A DNA stretch of 63,833 nucleotides, counting the filler. It is 5 parts of 5 records of this genome, joined end to end, with 100 filler letters (N's around TTAATTAATTAA, not from the genome) between each part and the next. Parts side by side here need not be neighbours in the genome. Positions count along the whole stretch, not along the records: positions 1 to 10,398 come from SRR20825010_1546; 4 more parts are not named here. One strand, 5' to 3'. A program made the position numbers and the translations under genes. A model generated the notes under the pieces. That model searched no databases and was not told the DNA's origin. It worked only from the letters and a program-made list of their open reading frames with translations. Positions within the stretch are counted from its first letter, which is position 1. Each line of letters begins with the position of its first letter. Below, in pieces: positions 1 to 9,975 of this stretch.

Positions 1-1
1 A

Positions 2-148
2 GGGCAAAATTATCCTGAAATGGATATGATTTCCTTTGGACCAACAATAAAAGGAGCACACTCTCCTGATGAACGTGCAAGTATTTCTTCTGCTCAAAAA
101 TACTGGAAGTTTGTTCTTGAAATTTTGAAGAATACACCTAAAAAGTAG
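2..148 (+). CDS. pepD: Aminoacyl-histidine dipeptidase, 3' end (partial)
   Basis: Manual frame-2 translation gives GQNYPEMDMISFGPTIKGAHSPDERASISSAQKYWKFVLEILKNTPKK*; SFGPTIxGAHSPDE is the PepD C-terminal motif. Confidence 0.9.
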   Translation, partial: GQNYPEMDMISFGPTIKGAHSPDERASISSAQKYWKFVLEILKNTPKK

Positions 149-159
149 TAGTAAAGGTT

Positions 160-190
160 AGAACCAAGAGCCAAGAATCAAGAACCAAGA
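160..190. repeat. Short heptamer tandem repeat (AGAACCA-like x4)
   Basis: agaacca agagcca agaatca agaacca aga. Confidence 0.7.
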
Positions 191-218
191 TTTAGTAAGA
201 AATGGTTTTAGGTAAATA

Positions 219-258
219 AAAAAGAGGAGCTGCGTTTAAAAAACTAGCTCCTCTTTTT
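219..258. terminator. Bidirectional intrinsic terminator
   Basis: AAAAAGAGGAGCT...AGCTCCTCTTTTT stem between convergent pepD and PPIase genes. Confidence 0.8.
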
Positions 259-276
259 ATATAAGTTGTTTAGAAA

Positions 277-1383
277 TTATTCTACGATCTCAACAATTTC
301 AAGATTGAATATCAATTCTGAATCTGGAGGAATAACTCCTGGAATTCCTCTTTTTCCGTACGCTAAGTGTGGTGGAATAAAAACAGTTGCTTTATCGCCA
401 ACTTTCATATTCAATAATCCTTCTCGGAAACCTGGAATCAATTTAGCATCTTTGCTATAATCTGTAGGTACTGGAGCGTATTGGCCAGCAGCTTTACGCA
501 TATCATCAACCATTTCAAACTGTTCTGCATTTGTTAGAACATTTGAATCAAAAAGATGACCATCTGTAAGGTATCCAGCATAGTTCATTAAAATTTGACT
601 TCCTTCTTTTGGTTGTACACCATCTCCTTTTTCATTAAAATAAATTTTAATTCCTGAAGGCAATGAGTCTGCTTTAGCTCTTAGTGCATTAAGTTCTGCT
701 GCTTTTTCAGAAGCAACTTTATTTATACGTTCTTCTTTATCTTTCTTTTCTTTTTCAAGTTTGCCCATTTCTTCAGTGAAATAAGGAACTTTAATATCGC
801 CTTTATTAATAATGTTTACTTTTTCAATAATAACTGGCTCGTTTGGTTTGTCTCCAGGTTTTGAAGTTTCAACAACACCTATAGAATCAACAACTTCTTG
901 TCCTTTAACAATTTCGCCAAAAATAGTATGGCGACCATCAAGCCATTGTGTTTCTTTTAAAGTTACAAAAAACTGGCTACCGTTTGTTCCAGGACCAGAG
1001 TTTGCCATTGCTAAAAGTCCTTTTTTGTTAAAACGAATGGTGTCATTAATTTCATCTGGAAAGGCATATCCTGGGTTTCCAGTACCATCGCCGTTTGGAT
1101 CACCACCTTGAATCATAAAGTCTTTAATTACACGGTGAAAAACAAGGCCATCATAAAAACGTTTTCCTTTGTGAATTGAATCTACCATTCCGTTTGTGCC
1201 TTCTGTAAGAGCAACGAAATTTGCAACTGTAAGTGGCGCAGTTTCATTTTTTAATTTTGCAACGAAAGTTCCTTTGTTTGTGATAAATTCAGCGTAAACG
1301 CCATCTTTTAATTCAGGATATTTTTCCTGGCAAGACGCAAATGCAAGCGTAAGAGATAAAAATAGAAATGTTAGTTTTTTCAT
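277..1383 (-). CDS. Peptidyl-prolyl isomerase lipoprotein, cyclophilin + FKBP fusion
   Basis: Lipobox FASC; cyclophilin motifs FHRVIKDFMIQGGDP and NGSQFF; C-terminal FKBP motifs LIPGFREGL and IPPHLAYG. Confidence 0.92.
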   Translation of the reverse strand: MKKLTFLFLSLTLAFASCQEKYPELKDGVYAEFITNKGTFVAKLKNETAPLTVANFVALTEGTNGMVDSIHKGKRFYDGLVFHRVIKDFMIQGGDPNGDGTGNPGYAFPDEINDTIRFNKKGLLAMANSGPGTNGSQFFVTLKETQWLDGRHTIFGEIVKGQEVVDSIGVVETSKPGDKPNEPVIIEKVNIINKGDIKVPYFTEEMGKLEKEKKDKEERINKVASEKAAELNALRAKADSLPSGIKIYFNEKGDGVQPKEGSQILMNYAGYLTDGHLFDSNVLTNAEQFEMVDDMRKAAGQYAPVPTDYSKDAKLIPGFREGLLNMKVGDKATVFIPPHLAYGKRGIPGVIPPDSELIFNLEIVEIVE

Positions 1384-1400
1384 GAGTGTTAAAATTAATT

Positions 1401-1949
1401 TTAGTTTGATTGTTCAATTGAATGTAAAGTAACAGTGCTCTGCACAGGAATATTGGTGCCGAGTTTTTCTCCAATCCCATAATAGCCAAATGCTTTATAG
1501 GAAGGAAATAGGAAGGTTACTGTTTCGCCTTCTTTCATAAGTTTAATTCCTTCACGAATTCCAGAAATGAGTTCCTGATTGCTTTGGTCAACTTTATATT
1601 GTTGCAGGCCATTTTCTTTTTCCGAAACAACAATACTGCCGTTTAAATCTTTAATATCGTAGGTAAATTTTACTACATCACCCATCACAGGCATTTCTGT
1701 AGTAGTGGTATCACGGGTATTGTAATAATACCAAAATCCGTTTTCGGAAGAAATATAACTAGTTGTAGAATCTTTTTCTATTATTTTTTCAATAAAGCTT
1801 TTTTCTTGGTCATAGATTTTTTTATTTCTAGCTGCAGACTCTTTTATAAAAGTCCCGGAATGGCTTTGAATAGGGCGTCTTGCTTCAGGGCTTTTACAAG
1901 AAACGACAAAGGCCGAAAATAATATGATATAAAACAGCTTATTAAGCAT
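1401..1949 (-). CDS. gldI: Gliding motility FKBP-type PPIase lipoprotein GldI
   Basis: Lipobox VVSC followed by PEARRP; FKBP domain FLFPSYKAFGYYG; located between DHH phosphoesterase and PPIase; start placed at second Met. Confidence 0.88.
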   Translation of the reverse strand: MLNKLFYIILFSAFVVSCKSPEARRPIQSHSGTFIKESAARNKKIYDQEKSFIEKIIEKDSTTSYISSENGFWYYYNTRDTTTTEMPVMGDVVKFTYDIKDLNGSIVVSEKENGLQQYKVDQSNQELISGIREGIKLMKEGETVTFLFPSYKAFGYYGIGEKLGTNIPVQSTVTLHSIEQSN

Positions 1950-2961
1950 GTGCAAGTTCATCTTTATAACGTGGCAAGATACTAATAAATTCGCTTATGG
2001 TTTTGTTAAGAGATTGCGAACTTTTTCCTCCAGCAGCGTTATTGTGACCGCCACCACTATAATGGTTTCTAGCAAATGCATTTACTGAGAACTCACCTTT
2101 GCTTCTAAAGGATATTTTAACAATACTTTCCTGTTTATTTTCAATGAAAATTGCTGCAAAAACCACTCCCTGCAACGATAATGCATAATTTACAAAACCT
2201 TCAGTGTCTCCTTTTTTAAAGTTATTCATGTCAAGTTCTTTTTGCGACATGGTAATGTAGGCGGTTCTGTATTCTGGTAATATATGTAAGTTGCTCAATG
2301 CTAGCCCTAAAAGTTTCATTCTGTCAGGACTATTTGTATCGTATACATTTTGATTTATCAAAGCACTTTCTGCTCCAGCTTCAATTAATTTTGCCGCAAC
2401 CCTATGTGTTGTTGGCGATGTTGAAGAAAAGCGAAATGATCCCGTATCGGTCATTATTCCTGTGTAAAGATTGATTGCTATTTCTTCGGAAAGAATTTCT
2501 GAATGGCCTAAAGCATCCATAAAATGATAAACCATTTCGGAAGTGGAACTCATGGTTACATCGCTAAACGTTGCCACAGCATAGTCTGCGGGCTGTTGGT
2601 GATGATCAATCATTATGAATTTTGCTTCAGCAACTTCTAAAACTTTCTGAAGTTCACCAACTCTTTCTAGGCTATTAAAATCTAAAGTAAAAATTAAAGA
2701 TGCCTCTTCAATTAGTTGAGTGCTTTTCTCCGTCTCCTTTTCATAAATTACAATTTCTTCAACACCAGGAAGCCATTTTAAAAAATCAGGGAAATCATTT
2801 GGCATTACAACAGTAGCGGAATGCCCTATTTTTTTAAGAAAAAAAGAGAGCCCTAAGCACGACCCTATAGCATCGCCATCTGGGTTTTTATGTCCAATAA
2901 TTACTGCTTTTTGAGGTGAAGCGAGAAGCTTTTCAACTAGTTGTGTAGTTTCTTTATTCAT
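1942..2961 (-). CDS. nrnA: DHH-family phosphoesterase (NrnA-like oligoribonuclease/pAp phosphatase)
   Basis: HKNPDGDA, IDHH, TDTGSF and GGGHNNAAG motifs. Confidence 0.9.
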   Translation of the reverse strand: MNKETTQLVEKLLASPQKAVIIGHKNPDGDAIGSCLGLSFFLKKIGHSATVVMPNDFPDFLKWLPGVEEIVIYEKETEKSTQLIEEASLIFTLDFNSLERVGELQKVLEVAEAKFIMIDHHQQPADYAVATFSDVTMSSTSEMVYHFMDALGHSEILSEEIAINLYTGIMTDTGSFRFSSTSPTTHRVAAKLIEAGAESALINQNVYDTNSPDRMKLLGLALSNLHILPEYRTAYITMSQKELDMNNFKKGDTEGFVNYALSLQGVVFAAIFIENKQESIVKISFRSKGEFSVNAFARNHYSGGGHNNAAGGKSSQSLNKTISEFISILPRYKDELAHA

Positions 2962-3082
2962 AGGGGGCGAAGATACAATAAATACAAATTAAGTAGGAAG
3001 TGGTTTTAGGGCAAAATTTCTTCTGAAAGTTTAATAAATCATTAAACCTTTGGCAAATACTTGCTTTTCATTTTCAAATAGT

Positions 3083-3090
3083 TATTTTTG
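3083..3090 (+). promoter_or_regulatory. Bacteroidota -7 promoter element (TAnnTTTG) for ndk
   Basis: TATTTTTG 20 nt before the ATG, with TTG at 3061. Confidence 0.6.
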
Positions 3091-3110
3091 CCGAAATTTT
3101 AAACAATACA

Positions 3111-3530
3111 ATGAGAACAGACAGAACATTTACAATGTTAAAGCCAGATGCGGTTGAAAAAGGACACATCGGAGCCATTCTTGAAAAAATAAATGCTTCC
3201 GGTTTTAGAATCGTAGCTTTAAAACTTACCCACATGACTACGCAAGATGCACAAGCATTTTATGCAGTTCATAGTGAGCGTCCTTTTTATGGCGAATTGG
3301 TAGAATATATGACACGCGGTCCTATTGTTGCGGCAATTCTTGAAAAAGATAACGCAGTAGAAGATTTCCGTACTTTAATTGGAGCTACCAACCCAGCTGA
3401 TGCTGCTGAAGGTACCATCCGTAAAATGTATGCAGCTTCTATTGGAGAAAATGCAGTACACGGTAGTGATAGCGATGAAAATGCAGCGATTGAAGGTGCT
3501 TTTCATTTTGCAGGTCGCGAAATGTTCTAA
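3111..3530 (+). CDS. ndk: Nucleoside diphosphate kinase
   Basis: [10 protein letters not shown] and NAVHGSDS (catalytic His). Confidence 0.97.
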   Translation: MRTDRTFTMLKPDAVEKGHIGAILEKINASGFRIVALKLTHMTTQDAQAFYAVHSERPFYGELVEYMTRGPIVAAILEKDNAVEDFRTLIGATNPADAAEGTIRKMYAASIGENAVHGSDSDENAAIEGAFHFAGREMF

Positions 3531-3582
3531 AAAGCTTTTGCCCTCAATAATGAGGATATAAATTTTATGAATAGTATATAAA

Positions 3583-3617
3583 GTAGGTACACGATTAATC
3601 GTGTACCTATTTTTTTT
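3583..3617. terminator. Perfect 26-bp palindrome followed by a T-tract (terminator; REP-like)
   Basis: G-TAGGTACACGATTAATCGTGTACCTA-TTTTTTTT between convergent genes. Confidence 0.75.
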
Positions 3618-3912
3618 ATCGTAACACTAGTTTTTTAATTAATTCTTTTCCAAGTTCTTCATTAATTAGTTTTACAATTTTTTCTTTCCCATAACTTAAT
3701 TCTTCTCTTAAAACAGAAGAGGAGAGTTGCACATAAAGCGTGTCTCGATCCAGTTTTACATCAGTGGTGTATTTTGAAATTGCACTTCCCAATACAGCAT
3801 CCCAGGCTTCTTTGGCATTCACTTTATCTAAGCCTTTATCCAGACGATTGGCACCAATAAATTCCTTTAAAGCATCTCCAATTGATATGTTTTCTGAGTG
3901 TCGTTTTGCCAT
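3616..3912 (-). CDS. DUF721 / DciA-like protein
   Basis: 98 aa with W..VLG..I.KYT and LYVQLSSSVLREEL; downstream of recF. Confidence 0.8.
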   Translation of the reverse strand: MAKRHSENISIGDALKEFIGANRLDKGLDKVNAKEAWDAVLGSAISKYTTDVKLDRDTLYVQLSSSVLREELSYGKEKIVKLINEELGKELIKKLVLR

Positions 3913-3929
3913 TTTAATATTATAGTTTT

Positions 3930-4364
3930 CTAGTTCTCAATTGGATTTCCAAAATCGTACTTTTTAAATGTTGAATAAATATAAATTTTATTGTCTCTGT
4001 TTTTTACTGTTAAAGTGCTGTCTTTTGCTTCAATAACGGTTTCTTTCCATTCATCAAAAGGAGTTTTGTAATACATTCGAAGACTATCTTTTTCAATTTT
4101 TAAAGTGAAATTTTCTATAGCACCGTTTGTAACAAAGCTACCGTCAAGTTTCGGTGAAACTTTTGTGCGAATACCACTATCACCCTTTATTTCAATGTAG
4201 TCTACAATAGTATTTATACCAAAATTCTTTTTTTCGCCATCAGTCATTTTCACACTTTTTATTTCCCAATAACCGCTAAGGTTTTGTTTTTGTAATTCTG
4301 GGTTTGGTTTTTCACAAGAAAAAATAAAAAGTAGTAATGGAATAATTATAAATTTCGATTTCAT
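3930..4364 (-). CDS. Lipocalin-like lipoprotein
   Basis: Lipobox IFSC; LSGYWEI motif. Confidence 0.7.
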   Translation of the reverse strand: MKSKFIIIPLLLFIFSCEKPNPELQKQNLSGYWEIKSVKMTDGEKKNFGINTIVDYIEIKGDSGIRTKVSPKLDGSFVTNGAIENFTLKIEKDSLRMYYKTPFDEWKETVIEAKDSTLTVKNRDNKIYIYSTFKKYDFGNPIEN

Positions 4365-4430
4365 AGTTTAGTTCAATTTTTCACTTTGATGCGAATGATT
4401 CAAAACTCCAAATAAAAAATGTTTACTGAA

Positions 4431-5516
4431 TCAAGGCGTTAAAGGAAACATTTTATAGGTTTGATGTACTTTTTTTATAACCTCTTCGGTTCTTTCTGCG
4501 TGGGTGTCGCTTATAAAAAGCTGCCCGAAATTTTCATTGTCAACAAGCGAAATTAAATGCGCCACCCGTATTTCATCTAATTTATCAAAAATATCATCTA
4601 AAAGCAAAATTGGGTTTGTTTTTGAATGGTTTTTTATAAAATCAAACTGTGCCAACTTTAAGGCAATTAAATATGATTTTTGTTGCCCTTGCGAACCAAA
4701 TTTCTTTATTGGATGCGCATCTATTTCAAAAACCAAATCGTCTTTGTGTATTCCAAAATTAGAATATTGTGTAATTCTATCTTTTGAAATATTTTTTTGT
4801 AACAAAGTAAGAAGGTCATTTTCTTGTAATTGACTTTCATAAACTAAATTTATACTTTCGTCGCCACTACTTATAGATTTGTATCTATTTAGGAATATAG
4901 GCAAAAATTCTTCCAAAAAAGCAGTTCTTTTCCCAAAAATTGATGTGCCAAAAGTGTGTAATTGCTCGTTGTAAATAGCTATTGTATCCTGACTAAATGT
5001 ATTGTTTGCTGAAAAGTATTTTAAGAGTGAATTGCGCTGCGTCAATACTTTATTGTACTTAATTAGGGTGTTTAAGTAGTCTGAATCTCGTTGCGAAATA
5101 ACACCGTCAATAAATTTTCTACGGGTATCGCTGCCTTCAATAATTAAATCTCTATCAGCTGGCGAAATTATTACCAAAGGTAAAAAACCGATGTGTTCAC
5201 TAAATTTATCGTATGCTTTTCCGTTTCGTTTTATAATTTTTTTCTGCCCTTTTTTAGCGCTTACTACAATTTTTTCAGAGGCTTCATTTTTATCATAAAA
5301 ACCTTCAACTACAAAAAATTCTTCTCCGTGTTTAATGTTTTGAGATGTAATTGGATTGAAGTAACTTTTTCCGAAGGAGAGATGATAGATTGCATCGAGC
5401 ACATTTGTCTTTCCAACACCGTTATTTCCCACAAAACAATTTATTTTTGGGTCGAATTCGAATGTTTCGGCTTCAAAATTTTTATAGTTTAATAAAGACA
5501 GTTTTTGTAAAATCAT
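4431..5516 (-). CDS. recF: DNA replication and repair protein RecF
   Basis: Walker [18 protein letters not shown] signature, LLLDD Walker B; start placed at MILQKL. Confidence 0.95.
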   Translation of the reverse strand: MILQKLSLLNYKNFEAETFEFDPKINCFVGNNGVGKTNVLDAIYHLSFGKSYFNPITSQNIKHGEEFFVVEGFYDKNEASEKIVVSAKKGQKKIIKRNGKAYDKFSEHIGFLPLVIISPADRDLIIEGSDTRRKFIDGVISQRDSDYLNTLIKYNKVLTQRNSLLKYFSANNTFSQDTIAIYNEQLHTFGTSIFGKRTAFLEEFLPIFLNRYKSISSGDESINLVYESQLQENDLLTLLQKNISKDRITQYSNFGIHKDDLVFEIDAHPIKKFGSQGQQKSYLIALKLAQFDFIKNHSKTNPILLLDDIFDKLDEIRVAHLISLVDNENFGQLFISDTHAERTEEVIKKVHQTYKMFPLTP

Positions 5517-5626
5517 AAAAGTGAATAGGTTGCGACTCAGGATTGTTTCTAAAATTGAAGAATAACCGCTTTGCAAATTATTAAAAAATAAGAAATATTT
5601 ATCCTTTTAAATTCCATTAAAAATTT

Positions 5627-5634
5627 TATTTTTG
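5627..5634 (+). promoter_or_regulatory. Bacteroidota -7 promoter element
   Basis: TATTTTTG 20 nt upstream of the TPR gene ATG. Confidence 0.55.
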
Positions 5635-5654
5635 CGCCACAATAACCTAGAACT

Positions 5655-6422
5655 ATGGCAACGTACAATAAACGCGGAGGTAAACCAAAAACAAAAGCTG
5701 AAAAAGAAACGCAGCTAGAAGACAACAGTACAACGGCAGAAGTATTCAACACACTTGATGAAGGTGCGTCGAGAACGGAAGCTTGGGTAGAAAAAAACCA
5801 AAAAGCCATTTTAGGCTTTATTATAGTGGTGGCTGTTGCTGTTTTGGGATATTTTGCATATCACCAATATATTAAGACTCCAAAAGAGGCTGAGGCAATG
5901 AACGAAATGTTTCAAGCACAAAGCTATTGGGAGCAGGCTTTAACGGCTACAGCAAAAGATTCTCTTTACAATCTTTCTCTGCAAGGCGGTGAAGGAAAAT
6001 ATGGATTTATTGATATTATCGATAATTACAGTGGAACAAATGCAGCAAACCTTGCACACTATTACGCTGGGATGGCTTATTTGAATACCAACAAATATCA
6101 AGAAGCTATTGCGCAGTTAGACAAATTTAGCAGTGATGATGATATGTTGGCTCCATTGGCAAAAGGAGCTATCGGTGATGCTTTTACCCAATTAGGGCAA
6201 AATGAAGATGCTTTAAAATATTATGAAGAAGCAGCAACAATGAGAACAAATGCGTTTACTACGCCACGTTTTCTTTTGAAAGCTGGAATTGCAGCAATGT
6301 CATTAAACAACAACGATAAAGCGTTGGCGCATTTCAAAAAAATAACTGATGATTATCCAAAATCAACTGAAGCTGCAAAAGCCGAAATATATACTGGCCG
6401 CGCGGAAGCAATGAAAAAATAA
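5655..6422 (+). CDS. Membrane-anchored tetratricopeptide repeat protein (YfgM-like)
   Basis: Single TM segment followed by TPR helices (AHYYAGMAY, ALKYYEEAA); directly upstream of ribH. Confidence 0.8.
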   Translation: MATYNKRGGKPKTKAEKETQLEDNSTTAEVFNTLDEGASRTEAWVEKNQKAILGFIIVVAVAVLGYFAYHQYIKTPKEAEAMNEMFQAQSYWEQALTATAKDSLYNLSLQGGEGKYGFIDIIDNYSGTNAANLAHYYAGMAYLNTNKYQEAIAQLDKFSSDDDMLAPLAKGAIGDAFTQLGQNEDALKYYEEAATMRTNAFTTPRFLLKAGIAAMSLNNNDKALAHFKKITDDYPKSTEAAKAEIYTGRAEAMKK

Positions 6423-6920
6423 ATGGCTACAGCAAATACAAATTTATCGGCTTACGATAAAAACACAATCCCAAACGCGAAAGATTTTCGGTTTGGGATT
6501 GTTGTTTCAGAATGGAATCACAACATTACAGAAGGCATGTTTCAAGGTGCTTTTGACGCTTTAATAGATTGTGGAGCTATAAAGGAAAACATTGTTCGAT
6601 GGAATGTCCCTGGTAGTTTCGAGCTTATATTCGGCTGCAAGCAAATGACTCAAAGCTACGATATGCTAGATGCGGTTATTGCAATAGGAAGTGTAATTCA
6701 AGGAGAAACAAAACATTTTGACTATGTCTGCGAAGGAGTAGCACAGGGCATTAAAGATCTAAACGTGCAAGGAGATATCCCTGTTATTTTCTGTGTTCTT
6801 ACAGACAATACCATGCAACAATCGATAGATCGAAGCGGTGGTAAACACGGCAATAAAGGCACCGAAGCAGCAATTGCGGCTATAAAAATGGCGCAACTTC
6901 GGAAAGACTCACTATTTTAG
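6423..6920 (+). CDS. ribH: 6,7-dimethyl-8-ribityllumazine synthase
   Basis: [24 protein letters not shown]. Confidence 0.96.
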   Translation: MATANTNLSAYDKNTIPNAKDFRFGIVVSEWNHNITEGMFQGAFDALIDCGAIKENIVRWNVPGSFELIFGCKQMTQSYDMLDAVIAIGSVIQGETKHFDYVCEGVAQGIKDLNVQGDIPVIFCVLTDNTMQQSIDRSGGKHGNKGTEAAIAAIKMAQLRKDSLF

Positions 6921-6954
6921 ATTTACGATTGTAGATTTTCTTAAATGTTCATTT

Positions 6955-6978
6955 GTCACCCTAAGCGTAGTCGAAGGG
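6955..6978. repeat. Short REP-like hairpin element
   Basis: GC-rich GTCACCCTAAGCGTAGTCGAAGGG in an AT-rich spacer; CCCT/AGGG stem. Confidence 0.45.
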
Positions 6979-7087
6979 CTGCCTCACTTCTATTCTTATT
7001 GGAAATCGGCATCATAATTGTTTATAACAAGCTTCAGAAATACTTTAGAAAACACACTAATTTCAGTAACTTTGAAGAACAACAATT

Positions 7088-7372
7088 ATGGGACTAATAG
7101 GCAAAAGAAAAAATAAAAAGTACAGCTATCAACCACGTTATTTTGAGCACGATGGTGAAAACAGCCCGTTTTCAATGGAACATAAATTTGACCAATTCCG
7201 AACTACAGTTGGTGACAATAAAGGGCTGAGGGGAAAATTTAAAACCGCTTGGGCAGATTTACGGCAGACTTCAGATAAAAATGCAAATAGAAGATTGTTG
7301 GTTATAATTGCCGTACTCGTGCTTATTTTCCTATTTATTATTGAATTTGATTTATCTATTTTCTACGCATAA
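7088..7372 (+). CDS. Small conserved protein with C-terminal TM helix
   Basis: 94 aa, YxPRY motif, C-terminal hydrophobic segment; TAACTTTG promoter element at 7067-7074. Confidence 0.75.
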   Translation: MGLIGKRKNKKYSYQPRYFEHDGENSPFSMEHKFDQFRTTVGDNKGLRGKFKTAWADLRQTSDKNANRRLLVIIAVLVLIFLFIIEFDLSIFYA

Positions 7373-7378
7373 ATTTTA

Positions 7379-9238
7379 ATGGCAGACATTATTCAGTTAT
7401 TACCGGATCACGTTGCAAACCAAATTGCGGCTGGGGAAGTTGTTCAACGACCCGCTTCAGTAGTAAAGGAATTGTTGGAAAATGCCATTGATGCCAAAGC
7501 AACTTCTATAACACTTCTTATAAAAGATGCTGGTAAAACGCTCGTTCAAATTACAGATAACGGAATAGGAATGAGTGTTACGGATGCGCGGCTCAGTTTT
7601 GAACGCCATGCAACTTCCAAAATTAAAGCTGCTGAAGATCTTTTTAACCTACATACCAAAGGCTTTCGTGGGGAAGCACTTGCTTCTATCGCAGCGATTG
7701 CACATGTTGAATTAAAGACCAAAACAGAGTTTGCTGAAATTGGCACACAGCTAACTATTGAAGGGAGTAAGGTAATTTCACAAGATCCAGTGGTTGTACC
7801 AAAAGGAACTACCATTTCGGTTAAAAATTTATTTTATAATATTCCTGCGCGACGTAATTTCTTAAAAAGTAATCCTGTTGAAACCCGTCATATTATTGAC
7901 GAATTTCACCGTGTAGCTTTGGCGCACCCAAACGTAGCTTTTGAAATGATACACAATGGAAGTGATGTTTTTAAACTTCCAGCATCAAACTCAAGGCAAC
8001 GTATTGTAAATATCTTCGGAAGTAAAACCAATGAAAAACTGGTTCCAGTTAGTGAAGAAACCGAGATTTTGAAAATTGAAGGTTTTGTATTGAAGCCTGA
8101 ATTTGGAAAAAAGAGTAGAGGCGAGCAGTTCTTTTTTGTAAATGATCGTTTTATAAAAAGCCCGTATTTGCATCATGCTGTGTCTTCCGCTTTTGAAGGT
8201 TTGATGAAAAATGGAGTGCATCCTGGCTATTTTCTTTTTTTAGAGGTAGATACACATTCTATAGACATTAACATACATCCTACAAAAACTGAAATAAAGT
8301 TTGACGATGAGCATGCTATTTACGCAATGCTTCGCGCCACAGTGAAACATAGTTTAGGGCAGTTTAACATTGCTCCAATACTCGATTTTGAAAGAGATAA
8401 AGGTTTTGATACGCCTTATGAATACAGTAAAAAAGCACCTACAACTCCTTCAATAGAAGTAGATAGTAGTTTTAACCCGTTTAAAGAAAAACCAAAACAG
8501 GCGAATATTAATTTTCCTTTTAAAAGAAGTTCATCGGGTTCAGAACGAACTACTTCATGGGAATCATTGTATGTTGGCTTGAAAGATGAACCTGAAACAG
8601 CTTCTGGTATAGGGAATATTGAATTTGAAAGTGATGAAGTAACTGGAAGCCTTTTTGAAAGTACTGAAACTGAAACAGGGCAATTAACTTTTCAGTTGCA
8701 GAATAAATACATTGTTAGTCCGTTGAAAAGTGGAATGATGATAGTTCATCAAAATTTGGCACATCAACGAATTTTATACGAAGAATTGCTTAAAAACATT
8801 ACTGTAAAAGAAGCTGTTAGCCAGCAATTGTTATTTCCGTTGCAATTGCATTTTTCAAAACCAGATGTTGAAATTATTGAAAAAATTCGTGAGCAACTGG
8901 AGCATACAGGTTTTATTTTTTCAGAATTAAAGGATGAAACTATTGAGATTAGTGGAATTCCAGTGCTGATTATGGAAAGTCATGTTGTAAATTTGCTTCA
9001 TCAGTTGGTTCATGATATAAAAGAAGAAGTCCCTGATAATGGATTCAGTCAGAACGATATGCTTGCAAAATCTATGGCAGCAAGTATGGCAATAAAAACA
9101 GGGGTTTCATTGAATAAAGAAGAGCGGGAACACTTAATAAACCAACTTTTTGCTTGTAAGGAGCCAACAGTTAGCCCAACTAACAAACCAGTTTTCACTA
9201 CTCTTGAAGTAAGTGAACTTGACAAAAAATTTATGTAA
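7379..9238 (+). CDS. mutL: DNA mismatch repair endonuclease MutL
   Basis: NQIAAGEVVQRPASVVKEL, GFRGEALASI, DINIHPTK. Confidence 0.97.
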   Translation: MADIIQLLPDHVANQIAAGEVVQRPASVVKELLENAIDAKATSITLLIKDAGKTLVQITDNGIGMSVTDARLSFERHATSKIKAAEDLFNLHTKGFRGEALASIAAIAHVELKTKTEFAEIGTQLTIEGSKVISQDPVVVPKGTTISVKNLFYNIPARRNFLKSNPVETRHIIDEFHRVALAHPNVAFEMIHNGSDVFKLPASNSRQRIVNIFGSKTNEKLVPVSEETEILKIEGFVLKPEFGKKSRGEQFFFVNDRFIKSPYLHHAVSSAFEGLMKNGVHPGYFLFLEVDTHSIDINIHPTKTEIKFDDEHAIYAMLRATVKHSLGQFNIAPILDFERDKGFDTPYEYSKKAPTTPSIEVDSSFNPFKEKPKQANINFPFKRSSSGSERTTSWESLYVGLKDEPETASGIGNIEFESDEVTGSLFESTETETGQLTFQLQNKYIVSPLKSGMMIVHQNLAHQRILYEELLKNITVKEAVSQQLLFPLQLHFSKPDVEIIEKIREQLEHTGFIFSELKDETIEISGIPVLIMESHVVNLLHQLVHDIKEEVPDNGFSQNDMLAKSMAASMAIKTGVSLNKEEREHLINQLFACKEPTVSPTNKPVFTTLEVSELDKKFM

Positions 9239-9973
9239 ATGGGAAGAATAACCGATACCGTAAAATTTCTTTTAATACTTAATGTACTTTTTTTTATAGG
9301 TACACAATTTACAGGCGGGGTTGCGGAGCGACTTTTTGCATTATATTATTTTGAAAATCCTAGTTTTCAATATTGGCAACCATTTACATCTATGTTTATG
9401 CACGCTAATTTTTTCCACATACTTTTTAATATGTACGCACTTTGGGCATTTGGCTCTCCTTTAGAGTTGCGTTGGGGACAAAAAAAGTTTCTATTCTTCT
9501 ACTTTTCTGCGGGGCTTGGTTCAGCTTTAATATATACGTTGGTGAATTATTATCAGGTACACTCTGGTATGGACGCATTAATAAGTGCAGGAATGAGTCA
9601 CGAACAGGTTATGGAGTTGTTGAATACTGGACGCTATAATTCCTCAATTTTAGATTTTGTTTCTGAAGGTACTATTCAGGGAATGTACAATACTTATAAC
9701 GGTGTTGCACTTGGTGCTTCTGGTGCTGTGTATGGTGTTTTAGTGGCTTTTGGATTGATGTTCCCAACTGTAGAACTAATGCTTATGTTTTTACCAGTTC
9801 CTATTAAAGCCAAGTATTTTATTCCAGGAATTATTTTACTAGATTTAATTTTTGGAATTACTGGAGCACCAACAGGTATCGCCCATTTTGCTCACATAGG
9901 AGGCGCAATTTTTGGCTTTATAATGGCTTGGTATTGGCGAAAAAATAGTTTTGATAACCACCGTTGGAATTAA
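9239..9973 (+). CDS. Rhomboid intramembrane serine protease
   Basis: HILFNM, GASG, AHIGG. Confidence 0.92.
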   Translation: MGRITDTVKFLLILNVLFFIGTQFTGGVAERLFALYYFENPSFQYWQPFTSMFMHANFFHILFNMYALWAFGSPLELRWGQKKFLFFYFSAGLGSALIYTLVNYYQVHSGMDALISAGMSHEQVMELLNTGRYNSSILDFVSEGTIQGMYNTYNGVALGASGAVYGVLVAFGLMFPTVELMLMFLPVPIKAKYFIPGIILLDLIFGITGAPTGIAHFAHIGGAIFGFIMAWYWRKNSFDNHRWN

Positions 9974-9975
9974 GT

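Noticed and set aside
146-154. Three consecutive stop codons TAG TAG TAA after pepD
   Set aside because: Tandem stops are common in AT-rich genomes; no sign of recoding
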